Assembly: GCF_022539665.2 (NCBI RefSeq)
Contig: NC_081332.1
Coordinates: 3,348,001 to 3,412,000 of the forward strand
Length of the DNA: 64,000 nt
Direction of reading: 5' to 3'
DNA from: Daphnia carinata
Taxonomy: Eukaryota
Part shown: one piece after another, positions 52,397-64,000 of the stretch
How the letters are laid out: each line of letters begins with the position of its first letter
Numbering within the stretch: position 1 is the stretch's first letter
The notes under the pieces: generated by a model
The model's input: the letters and a program-made list of their open reading frames with translations, nothing else
Databases searched by the model: none
What the model was told of the DNA's origin: nothing
Translations under genes and position numbers: made by a program

Positions 52397-55300
52397 TTCC
52401 GTGTTTCGAATTTTGTTGGGGTTCCTCTACTCTCCGCCTTAGCGAAGACCGTGTAACGCTAGAGTAAGCACTTGAGCCAATTCACGCTAATGAAATTTAG
52501 ATCAAAGGCTAGCGGCAATGTATTTCACGTCCGGTATGATTTGTGTTTCATCTCGCCTGATATCCGCCTTTGAAATGACATTGTTTTAAACTCTTTTTCT
52601 TAACACGTCGATTAGATTTACTGTTGTATATGTTCCAGTGGCTAGTTGTCGACTTTCTAAATCAAGCTGATCAATTTAATGAGCCAATAGCAATTAACAC
52701 TGATTTCTCTTATTCGTTGCGCGCTTGTCCGACACCCGTTGCCAGTCCCAGAATTTGAATCTTCCAGAAAGAGAGAGGCAACATGGTTTTTTGTTTTGCA
52801 ATAAACGACTAAAACAAAACAAAACAAAAAACGACATAGACACAATTTCTCTTTCTTTACGAGCGCGATCTATTGCACAACATCTTCGTCCCGTTCACGT
52901 TCGTACAACTAAAAGCGACATCTTCATTGGATCTTGTCTTTTTACAAGACGTGTTCCAGTGATATGCGCACAATCAAGCATTGGGTGGTAAGAGCCAATT
53001 AAACAGTTAAAATGAATCTCGAATGTAGTTAGTGTATCGTCAACACCTGCGATCTGGGCAGCCAACTGTAATTAAACTTGATTGGGAATGAGGTGTGCGT
53101 AAATCAAGTCGCCTCGGGTTAGAAATCAATGGATGACTTTCTCTCATAGATTTTTTTTTTAGGGTCCCTACTTCTTTCTCTCACTCTCCCTTTAGGTGCA
53201 AACAAAAAACAAAAAATGATTAAGCGAGAGAAAGAACGAGACACTCAAATTAACAATCATTCCTGGAAAGTTACAACAACAAAAAAATAAAGTCTCAAAA
53301 AAAAAAAAATAATAATAATAAAAAGAGAAGCAACCAGTAGAGGTGAGCAGAGATTATCCCCAACGGGAGAAAGAAAATGAAAGTAAAAAAAAAAAAACTT
53401 AACAACCATAGACATTTTGTTTCTCGTCTTGTTTTTTTTTTTTTTTTTGCTTTGTTTTTTGTTTTAACGCGTCGTGTGCCAATCACGTAACGTTTTCTTT
53501 CGGGAAAAGGTTCAGTTGTCCCATCTGCTAGACGCGTACCGAAAAAAAGAGATTTACTTTCATAGGAGCTTCTTATGTGTCAAAATCATTTAACGCAGCA
53601 GCATCAGAAAGTTCTTTTAGTTGGGGCAAATGACTTTCGCTTGTGCGATGTTATTTATCTGGTTGTAGCGCTCCAATCTTTATTTTTTAACGATTCACAC
53701 ACATCATGCTGACCAATGTTTTATTTTCTCTCATTTCAACCCGTTTAACGTTAGCTCTCTTCCACTAGTTAGAATTCATTAGGTCTTTGACCAGCAAACG
53801 AAAAATGAAATTAAAAAAAAAAAAAAAAAAAGAGGAAACTTTCGAAAATGAAAAATCCTAACGCCCATCTACGGATGCCACTCTCCTCATCTTCGATCTG
53901 ACAAACAAGTGGGTCTCCATCAGGAATAACTCTGCCCTTTGCCACATTTGATATTTCCCCGCCCGCCTTCTTCAAAAACGTGATTCACGTAACGACAAAT
54001 CGAAGGGAAGAAGAAGGAAAAGAGACGATGAGGAACAAGACAGTAGCCAGTTTTCATACGTGTTTTAAGAAGAACGTCAAAGAGTGCGAGTCATTCTTGT
54101 TCCCAAACGCAATGTTTTTACCTTGGCCTACATTTGTTTGTTTTTTTCTGGCATGGCGTTCCGCTAGTGTTGCACGATAGCGCCCCCTGACAAGGACGAT
54201 CAGACGCAGTAGCCTCCAACAGAGAAGCAAAAAAAAAAAACACATACAGACGCGTTTACTCACGACCGTGTCCGATCTAAACAAACCGATCGATATTTAG
54301 CTCCTCCCAGCTGCCCATTTTTTTTTACATCCTGCTTTGCATTATCTCAAGGCATTTTTTTAAAACGTGAATCTGTATTATTGTCTGCCTTGAAATCTTT
54401 GAAAGATAACAAACAATCAGTCAGATGTTAAAGACAGGCGATGGTCAACCCACTGCGGAAATTGAAACTGAATGTCGGTCAAACGTATCGCGCGAAAAAT
54501 TCCTGCGTTGAAACCCATTTTTAGTGAGAATAACGGTCGAAAACAAAAATGTTAAGCGTTTTGAAAAGTGTCAAGTACAATCCGGAACAGTTTTCGATTT
54601 GTCCTACTTCTTTGTCTTTTCCGCTTCTCTTGCCATGTCCGGGGAGAAACTGGTTTTCGAGAAAGGAATAATATTTGACCCATTTCCTCAATTGCCTACC
54701 CGTTCGCTTATGAAGTTCAGTGCACATCGTTTTAGATGAACGTTAAGTCTTAACTACGTATTTGGCTGATATTTGGCACGTACATTGTTGCGTCGTTTAA
54801 CAGATGAAACATATTTTGTTTTAAAAGGGACATGAAATCAAACTATTACAAGTCGATTAACTCCCCATTTTCAGTTTGAATATTGAATAACTTTGAAAAA
54901 GAAAAAATTGTGAATGTTCCAGTAATAAAACAAAAAATGGGAATACATAAAGATGAATTAAAAAAAAAAAGATGCAAATATTAGCCAATGACGTAGATAC
55001 TTATTGGAACCGGGCCGGAATCTTGGCCTTCAACGGGACTTTCACTAGGCAACTGGCCGCCCATTTTTGCTTTTTTTTTTTTAAATGGTAATATAATAAT
55101 AAAAAATAAACTGCAGCAGCAAATTCATTTCACTTGGATTTTCTCTTTATTATGTTTCATTCGTCAACCATTTCCCTTCGGCCTCCTGATATTTTTCCCA
55201 ATCAAACACAGAGCTCCAAAATAACAAAACATTTCGTTCGATACGTGACGTTTACTGGCCATTCAAAATTCATTTTGATTTTCTCCTCGACTAAGTTTGA

Positions 55301-58300
55301 ATAAAAACTTTATAGCAAAAAACAAAAAAATATCAAACGTTCGGAAACGACTTGGTGCGGATAAAGCACACACACACACACACGCCCGTTATTATCAAAA
55401 GCAATTGGAGTGGCAAAACAGGAGCGAACAAGGAACCGCAATTGAAAAGAAATGGATTGTTTGATTGATACTTACGATAAAAACAAATAACACAATCGAG
55501 TATTGTCATGCCTTTCTCCTTGATAAGCACGTAGGCACTGATCACGCAAACTGACATTTCACCGATTTCGCGAGTCCCGAAAATGACGAATAGCAAATTG
55601 CGCACGAAAAATTTAATGTTTCATTAAACCTCAATACGGAAATATCCTTGTAAAAAAAAAAAACTGACTGTTCCGGTGAATAATTTAAATAATTCAATTC
55701 CTATTATTCCATGCCACACCACACCGCTCTTATTATTTTTTCCTATTCAAATTGGTTTAATTCTTATTCTTTCTCAATACAAACATAACAGCGGGGGGTG
55801 TCAAGTTCCGCCCCTCGGTAAACTTTAAAAAAAAAAACCTCCCACACACACACGTACATGTTTTCTTTTTTTTTTTTTTTTTCTTTAACACGAAAGGAAG
55901 AAAGAAGGGAAAAAAATCACCTTGCCTTCGATAGGCAGTGGCAGCTTCATTCCGCTTTGGGGATGACCTTGCCAGAGTGGTGGTACCAGTTTGATTCCCT
56001 CCACCTTCTTTTGCTCAGGTGTAAGGCTCCGGTAGTGAGGAGAGTTTTTCGGGTGGGAGGACAAGTGGGGGAGAGCAACACCACACATCCAATCGTCCGT
56101 CTAGAAAGACTCGCAACGAAACAAGGCAAAGAAAAAGGGGGAAGAAGAAGAAGAAAAAGAAAAAAAAGAACCTCAACCGACAAACCGACGGGCCAACCCA
56201 CCTGGGAGAGACCTCTAAACTTCGGGCTCTCCTTAAGGTCTCTCTCTCTCTCTCTTTTTTTTTTCCTTTCGTCTCCTTGCTGCCTGTTTTACTTCTCTTC
56301 CCCATATTAGAGGCCGGTAGTGACATTGCCGAGCTCAGTCTCGATAAACTCGTCGTCCCGGATTGTTTAACTCGACCCGTTGTCGGAGCTCGTTCCACAC
56401 ACCGGCTCATTTTCTTTCAATTTAAAAAACATTGCCTAATTTTTTTTTTTGAAAAACCCCACAAATATTTTAAGGGAAAACAAAAAGTGAATTGCCATTT
56501 TTGGACAATTTTTTTTATTTCGTGATTGTCTTTGACGAGTGCAACTTTAAACATAAACAAATAGGAGAAAATAACACGTGGACTTCTCGTACACAACGTA
56601 AGTTTTGTTTCTTCTTTCATTTTGCGCGTTCTTCACAAAAAAACAAACAGAATATTACATGACATTCTAACGGGGTTTTTATCGTGCAAAAACGGTTAAC
56701 GTGCACCGTATTTGAAACAAGAAAACAATTCATTCTTTATTGGATTTATTTAAAAAACGAACCCGAAACTCTGACCCACATCTCGGCGGTTTGTAAAAAA
56801 ATAACGGAAACGGACTGTCATTTTCACTTTCGTTTGATCCACTTGACGACGAAGAATAGACTCGCGTTGCTAACGTTATACATTGTGTTCTGCCTGCTGT
56901 GCCAGTTCGTCAATAGGCATCAAACCGCTAAGCCAGCAGTTGCTCGTTTTTATTCTCGTATTTTGAAATATTAAAAACAACATCGATGCGAGTGAGAGTT
57001 AACATCACCCAAAAATGGTGTCAACTTTCGTTTTTCATTGGAAGCTCAGTGGAGCATAATCAGATTGGTATAGAGTAATAGGAAAAGTGAGGATGGATAT
57101 TTGCATCCAATTGTTTTTTGTTTTTTTTTCTCTCTCTGATTTTTTTTATTTCGATACGGCCAAGAGCGAAACAAGAGCAAACGCCCTTTTTATTAGATTG
57201 TTTTTAAACAAGCCTGGCACCTCCATCCTTTTCTAGATGTGCGTGATTCGTTTCGACTTTCATCTCTCGTTGATTGCACAAGACCCACTGTCACCTCATC
57301 GGTTCGATAGGGAAAAGATCCATTTCGTTGTTCTAGTTATGGATTAGCATCTCGCCGACCTTCGATTCAATGTCAACGGCACACCTTTAACCTTTATCTC
57401 ATTATTTCTTTATTGCTTCATTTCCGAATTAATTTTAGACAGGTTTATTCAACGACCTCCAGTCTTTTTCAGAATCAAATAGCGGGAAAAATAAAACCAT
57501 CATCCAAGGATGATGACGTAAGTGCGGGGGGGAAAAAAAATTACAAGATGGGGACACCGGTACAACATTTGCTGATGAGTCAGCTAACCCGTTCTTTTTC
57601 TTAAATTCAAACGCGGATCTGACGTACACCTTCGGGAGTTTTAAAAAAACCCGCACGTTCGTGCGCTTCTCTTAGACAAAGTCGACAAAAATTACAACCC
57701 AGAAAAAAAAGTGTTATAGCATTTAAAAAGTCGGTCATATTCTGGCATAGTCCCCCCCCCCCCATTTTTTCTTTCCCCTTTCTCTCTTTCGCATTATAAT
57801 CGCGCTTTTCCCTTTTTTTTTTCCTGGCCATTTTCTCTGGATATATATTTATACCTTTGCACACAGTTGCTATCTAAAAAACAAAAAAAAAAGCTAGCAG
57901 TAACGGAGCACCCTAGCGGTGGAGCCTGACTTCTTCGACAAATTCCGGTCAGCTGAACCAGCCAGTTGCAAGTCAGCCTTCGGCTCGCTTTCAAGTCTTT
58001 TTCCTTAACTCTCGTTTTTCTCTGTGTTTAATGTGTATGTGTGTGATCTTTTTCGACGTTTCGTGGTAGACTGATATTAACTTCATCTTCAGAAAGTCAC
58101 CAATTCGTAGTTGACATTTTTGGGGTTTTTTTATAGGAATTTTGTTCTTTTTCAAATTGGTGACTTTGAGAGTGAAACAAATTTTTTAAAAAGGGAAAAC
58201 AAAAAAGATTTTGATGTGATGTGGATAATCGTCGGCTTTGATGTGATAGAATCTGCCGTCGTCGTGACGTGCGATTCGACTCGCTGAGATGGCTTCATCA

Positions 58301-60430
58301 CCAAGCGACAACAACAAAAACATTTCCTTCCGGATAGTCTCGTTCGCCAGAAAATCGTCTGCTAGTGGTAAACATCTCAATTCAATTCAACTCCCCCTCC
58401 CCTCCCTTCGAACTCTTATTCATTTTTTCTGATGTAATTCCTTTTATTTTCTGTGTTTATTAATTTAGCCAATGAAAACGCTAAGAATTCCCCTTTTTAA
58501 AAAAAAAATGTCTGAGAAAATTGTCACTTTCCGCTTTCGGTCAAATTCGTTTAGAACTTCCTTCATTCTCCTTTCGGTTCGTGGCAGCACGACACACAGC
58601 CTCAGGCAAGAAGTGAAAAGAGATTTCGGGTCCCGATGACTTGAGCTGAACGAAAGGGGCGACGAGAACAAGAGAGTCCAGGAGAAAGTTCCAAGCCGAA
58701 AGAGAAAGAGAAATATCATCTTTTGTTTGGGCTGCAGAAAGAAACAACTCTGTTCGGGAAACAACCAAATGCCCGCAGGCCTCCAAAAAATCAAGGGTTA
58801 AAAAAAAAAAATGGTTTGAAAAAAGAAAAGAATTCACGTACTAATGGAAGCAAAAGATAGACGTCGTGCGCCAATGACCTGGAGTCACGCAGACATGTTT
58901 TTTTAAGATATGCATACATGTCTGGATGATTTTTCAATCCAAAAGATGAGGGCTTCTTAAAAAAAAAAACATTCGGGAAAAAGAGAAAGTCGTTTGGAGA
59001 AGAACTCGGCCACTATTGAATGATAACGGGTTTAGCAGCGACGTGAGTGGGGCTACACACGAGTCGTTCAATTTCATTTTTTTTTCTCCCTCTAGAATTA
59101 AAATGACATGAATTTTCTTTTTATGTCCAAACCCAGACGACATACGTGAACGCTAGAAATCACCTGATGCTCAACTAACATTTTCTCCAAACATAACGAG
59201 ACGTTCTTTGTTTATTCTATTCAGGACGCAGGTCTTTCTCAATTTGATTTGCGTTAGAATATACGCCAAATATTTTAAAGATTCAAGACGAACGAAAATA
59301 AAAGAAAATGGTTTAACAATTTTGGCCAAAAGTCCTTGGTAAGGGCCTTTCGGGCCATGCATAATCCTTAGCATTTATTGTAATCCCTCCTTGTATTTTT
59401 CGCCCTCGTGTAAACACTAATTCATTCGGGGTTACATCAGCTCATCCCGCATTACGAGATTCCATCAGGATGATCAAACGTCGAAAACACGACAGCTTAA
59501 CCTTCACGTCATCCCACCCTCGTTTGGTTAACGAATTAAATCGTGCGACAGCTGTTTACCTTAACAATTACGCCTTCGTAGCCATTAACAGGTGTAGGCG
59601 GCCGGCCACACCCAACATCCGCATTTTTTTTTTAAGACTTGAGCTTCGTTCATCACGCTCGAATTCGTTTAACGACAGCTTCGCCAATCCTTTTGAAAGA
59701 TTGTTCCGGGTTCAACAAAATCCCAAACAGAAACGTCATTGAAACGTTTACTTTGAAATAAGAAAAATCCTTAAACAAAAAGGTGGGCCGTCGAACGATG
59801 GCGGCGGGGGAATTCTAAACACAAGACAAAGAACATCTCGTATAGTCAACGTGGGCAGAAACCATTTGCCCAGCAGAGGTTAAAGCAAAATAAAAGGGGG
59901 AGGATATTCCTTCCATTCAACGGGGTCATCCTGTCGCTTTGACGTTAGGGAATACGGATAATTATTGAGTCGCACAAATAGGAAAACTGTCAGAAGGGCT
60001 AGAAATCGGCGAGTATCCTGTCGCAACTTGGAATCCGCTTAACGGCATTTCCAAACACATTTTTTTCAGAGAGGGGGGGGGACTGTGCTTGCTCTCGATC
60101 TTTTAAGAAACTAGTACCAAAAATGGTCAAAGGTAAATGGACACAATGAAGCAATGGTTAACAATTCGTCTTGGATATCTTCCCCCCCCCGCGCGCTCCG
60201 AAATCTATTTCGATTTAGTTTAACAAGGATATTTGAAGAAAATCGTCAAGGAAACATCCATGACGTGATTCTTTTTTTTTTTTTTTTTTGGTTACAATTG
60301 TTTAATTTGCCTAATTCTTTTTTTTCGTTTCGTGCAGCCGGTTGACAAGCAATTCACGACCCGTTAAACTCGAGTGGAGTATCAAAGCTACAAGATTAAC
60401 GTGACGGCCACAAAAATTGCGCATCAAAAA

Positions 60431-60595
60431 ATGAAAGGCTGGTTCGATGCGTTTCGCCACGACGGTGGACCAACACTTTACGACCGCGCCAACCGGACGG
60501 CCGTGACTGGCGATTATTCCACCATCACATTTTGCGTCATCTTCATCACTCTCTTTGTGGCCTTCCTCATCATTTTGCCCGGCATTCGTAAAGAG
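60431..60595 (+). CDS. DUOXA: Dual oxidase maturation factor (DUOXA / moladietz / Numb-interacting protein), coding exon 1 (55 codons; exon begins at 60338 with 5' UTR)
   Basis: Translates MKGWFDAFRHDGGPTLYDRANRTAVTGDYSTITFCVIFITLFVAFLIILPGIRKE, matching the arthropod mol/NIP N-terminus (MKGWFDAFR-DGGPTLY) plus TM1 ending in PG[IV]R. A-rich start context and in-frame TAA at 60365. Polypyrimidine acceptor ...cgtgcag ends at 60337; donor GAG|GTAAGT at 60596, phase 0. Confidence 0.96.
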
Positions 60596-60965
60596 GTAAG
60601 TTCCTACCAACCAAGAAAGTGTGGCCGTGCGCACTAGACGCGTCCGTCATGTTGCACGCGGGACGCACACACACACAAAAAAAAAAACGGTCAGCCTCAC
60701 GATGGCCACCACCAATGATCTTGTCAAACCCTCCACTTTCCCTAGACGATCGTGCAGTCGCAAAACCCTCCCTGAAGAAACGGCGTCCCCCTTTTTTTTT
60801 TTGGCGGCGTCGTGTGACGGCTAGACATTTTGGTTATTGCTAATGTCTTTAAAGACGAAAAAAAAAAAATGTATGAAATAACTCTCGTATTACATCATCG
60901 TCCATAATATTTCTGCTTGATAAATTCTCGCGAGAAAAAACTCATTTGAATTTTTTTGTTTTTAG

Positions 60966-61023
60966 CGCTTTACCACATTCACGAGCGTCACCATCAGCCT
61001 GTTTGTCGGTGCCGTCATACTCG
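60966..61023 (+). CDS. DUOXA: DUOXA coding exon 2 (58 nt, TM2)
   Basis: Acceptor tttttag at 60965; RFTTFTSVTISLFVGAVIL matches the DUOXA SLF[VI]G helix; donor TCG|GTAAGG, phase 1. Intron 1 = 370 nt. Not shown in this frame in the ORF track. Confidence 0.94.
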
Positions 61024-63067
61024 GTAAGGCAAACATTTTCTTCTTTTATTTCGACACCTTTACATCACACCAACATTTTTGTTTTGAAGAAAAAAAAAAG
61101 AAAATATCCCGTTGCGAGACGATTATGCGGATTAGAGCGGCTGTTGCATAGAGAAAGTCCCGACTCATCTGAATTAATAAATAGGATGCGGTCGTATTTG
61201 ATTTTCGTTGTCGCGGGAAAAATGAAACCCGAATTTAAATTGAAAAAATACTAAGCTCATCTGATGCAAGGCTCTTAAATCGCTCCCCAGTGAAAATTCA
61301 TTTATTTTTAACGTCGCTTATTTTCGCATGCAGTCGAGCTAAACCGATCAATTCCTTTTGTGTTAAACATAGCATTTTTTTTTTTTTTTTTTTTTTTTGA
61401 GAGAGGGGGGAACTAGTTCCATGGTGTGTAGAGATAATAACGCAATGTAGATAGGGCAGATCGTTCCTTTCGTTTTCTCGGGGCTGTTTGTTTTCATTCC
61501 GCAGTTCTGCTCAACGATTTCCCGATTATTGCGTCACTTCCCAGGAAAGAAATACGAAAATTATCCGAGGGCAAAAAAAATGGGGGTTCTTTAAACTCGC
61601 ATTGGCACGGTTGGCAAGATCCCAACACTGCGGTGTGTAATGAGTATTTGCACGTGCCCAATCTCATAATAAAGTTCTTAAACAATTTCGAAAAAAAAAT
61701 ACGGATGACCAGCCAACTCTTAAGTAGGCCATTTCCTACATCTTTTTTTTTTGTTTTTTTGTTTGTTTCTCATGCTTAATTTCGCTATTATTAAACAAAA
61801 AAGAAAAATTATGGATTTACTCGATTAAATCAAACAAATAAAAGTCGGGACCCGTTTAAAACGCATTACACGCAGGGGGGCTGGCCCTCGTCGTAGCTAA
61901 TGGAACCCACCGTTCGTGAACACAACATTTCGTGCAAAACTCTCAAGAACAATAAGCCTTTCGCCCTTATCTGTCGGTAATCATTTTTATTTTTTCAAGT
62001 TTATGCCGAGTTTCTTGTCATTTGTTTAGCTTCCCTAGACCGGAAAACGCGAATTTTCCCTTTTTTTTCACCCAAAAAGGCGTTAATTTACTGTACATTT
62101 CTGAAATCGAAACAAAATTCTACTTTCACTAAACAGTAGCTTATACAGTAAGAGAGAGTCGCTTTGCTGTACAACTGGTCGTACCTCTAAATGACGTGAA
62201 TATCAAGACAGGTTGAAGAAGAAAAAAAAAGGGAGGGTGGACTAAAACGCATGTTTTAAGCGCAAGTGTACGTACCAAAAAAAAAAATAATAAGGTACTT
62301 GGCCTCGAATCAAAATTATAACACAAAAAATAAAGAATGGTCAACTGTGCCTCTTGGCACACGTTTGGATGAGCCAAACCTTTTAAGAGTCTGTTATTCA
62401 AGAGTGAGCTATTGTCCAATCTGTTGCTTTTTTACCTATTGAACACGAAATTATGTAAAGGGAGAAGTTGGTAAATACATTCCAACTAGTTGGCCTCGAC
62501 AAAACTTGGGCACAATAACACAAAACAAGGAACCTGGTTGTTTGCCGTTGCCGGGGCCTCAAGCTTCAAAAAAAAAATCTCTTTTTTATTTTTTAAAGGC
62601 AACAAGAACGACCGACGCGGCCTTCGAAAGGTGTAACATAGGCCCAAGTATTATGAGAAAAGGGGGAAGAGGTTGTGTGGGGGGGGGGGGGACAGGAGGA
62701 AAATAACGGAGGAGATAGTCCGACATGGTATACAAGATATATACAGACACAAGAGGCCGCTTTTTTTTCGAAAATGAAAAGAGAACTTTCAAGGTCGTGC
62801 TCGCTCCCGTCCCGTCAAAATTTACCTTGAAATCGAATATAAACACCTTCTCTAGGCCAGCGCGTTAGGCCGATGCCTCCCCACTAGCAGCAACGCTGCT
62901 CAAAATGTAGGATACAAAAGAAAACAATCACCTGCGACCCGAGGTCCCTGCACTGCCATAACTAATTTGCGCGTCAGCAATCATGCGTGACTCCCCTCCG
63001 TTCCAAAAAAACCCGGATCTTCCAAAGACAATTTCAATCATCCGCATTTCTTTTGTTTGGGGCACAG

Positions 63068-63202
63068 TGAGCAGTAACGGTTGCGGATGGCACACAGCAG
63101 AAGAACAAATAATAAGCAGTTATCGAGCCTTCTCGAGCGAAAAAATTGTCGCCAGACTGGGCATTCACATCGGATTCAATCATGTCAATGTCACCCTCCG
63201 CT
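63068..63202 (+). CDS. DUOXA: DUOXA coding exon 3 (135 nt, lumenal/extracellular loop)
   Basis: Acceptor cacag at 63067; phase-1 join gives VSSNGCGWHTAEEQIISSYRAFSSEKIVARLGIHIGFNHVNVTLR with family motifs Y[KR]AFS and IG--HVNVTL (N-glycosylation sequon); donor T|GTAAGT. Intron 2 = 2044 nt. Confidence 0.95.
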
Positions 63203-63297
63203 GTAAGTCTTTTTTAAAGTTCAACACTCCCTAGCGAAATCGAATTGTGAAAAACAAAATGAAAAAAAAACAAACAAAATGTCTTTTAATTGTACAG

Positions 63298-63514
63298 CTT
63301 CGGGCGTGTTCAATATGAGCGACCGTATCGATTACAACGAACGATTCGGCTGGAAAGGCCCAGACGATATGGTCGAAGGATACGAGGCTGCATTACGAAA
63401 AGGTTTACCGTATCCAATATTAACGGTGGCCGAATACCTCAGCTTGAACGACGAAGGTTTCGGATGGGGAAGAACTTACCGCAAAGCCGGTTACTACAGC
63501 TGCATCGCCTTGTG
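63298..63514 (+). CDS. DUOXA: DUOXA coding exon 4 (217 nt); gene is 3'-truncated by the window
   Basis: Acceptor tacag at 63297; SSGVFNMSDRIDYNERFGWKGPDDMVEGYEAALRKGLPYPILTVAEYLSLNDEGFGWGRTYRKAGYYSCIAL(W) has the hallmark YNE-F-W, GLP-PIL-VAEY and YR-AGYY motifs; donor TG|GTAAGT, phase 2. Intron 3 = 95 nt. No further exon recognised before 64000. Confidence 0.96.
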
Positions 63515-64000
63515 GTAAGTGCAACCATCGTTCACGTTCGAATATTTTCACCTGTCTATCTCTCACTCCCGTTCCCCCTATGTTTCTTTTTGTGGTCTTT
63601 TACGATCCTTTCTTTTACGACGTCCAATCCCACCTGTAAGTCATTATTCGCAATCGGCATTACAATCCCAGAAGAATGTCGGTTATACCCATCGTTAAAG
63701 AAATCCCACAAAATTGCTTTGTTTGTGACTCAATCGCAGACAGTCTATAATTTCAACCAACCAGCCGTACATACCTTAGCAACAAGCCTCAAAGTTTGAA
63801 AACAAAACAAAAAACATACGCGGAAAGAATATTGAAAAATTTGCACCATCCCAGGTGCACGAAATGTCTGGAACAAAGAAATGTTATCCGCCCCTACAGC
63901 GCACGCATACTCTCTCTCTCCGGCGTGCATGACGTGAATTGGGGTCGTTTATAAACTGCTGACCGACTCGTGATCGAATCCATCAAAATGTTTGACATTT

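Noticed and set aside
60374..60430. GTG-initiated N-terminal extension of DUOXA
   Set aside because: Eukaryotic gene; family similarity starts exactly at MKGWF (ATG 60431).
63290..63799. 169-aa ORF overlapping DUOXA exon 4
   Set aside because: Alternative frame running into the intron; the conserved frame is the other one.

Overview
AT-rich eukaryotic DNA, densely studded with homopolymers and microsatellites. The DUOXA protein, GT-AG introns down to about 95 nt and the poly-A/T texture suggest an arthropod, most plausibly a Daphnia-like crustacean (inference). Layout: (1) 1-44.4 kb has no recognisable coding sequence; its short ORFs are K/F-rich homopolymer artefacts and it reads as a regulatory desert or giant intron. 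(2) About 44.4-47.7 kb is a homopolymer-poor island with an intronless 333-aa ORF of unrecognised family (internal repeats, KPFRA motifs) and two divergently oriented, frame-disrupted, signal-peptide-like units on the minus strand. (3) About 47.7-60.3 kb is non-coding, with candidate promoter and enhancer motifs. (4) 60.3-64 kb holds the first four coding exons of a dual oxidase maturation factor gene (DUOXA / moladietz / NIP), which continues beyond the window. I recognised no CRISPR array, rRNA, complete tRNA or transposase. All motif calls are by eye and were not tested statistically.
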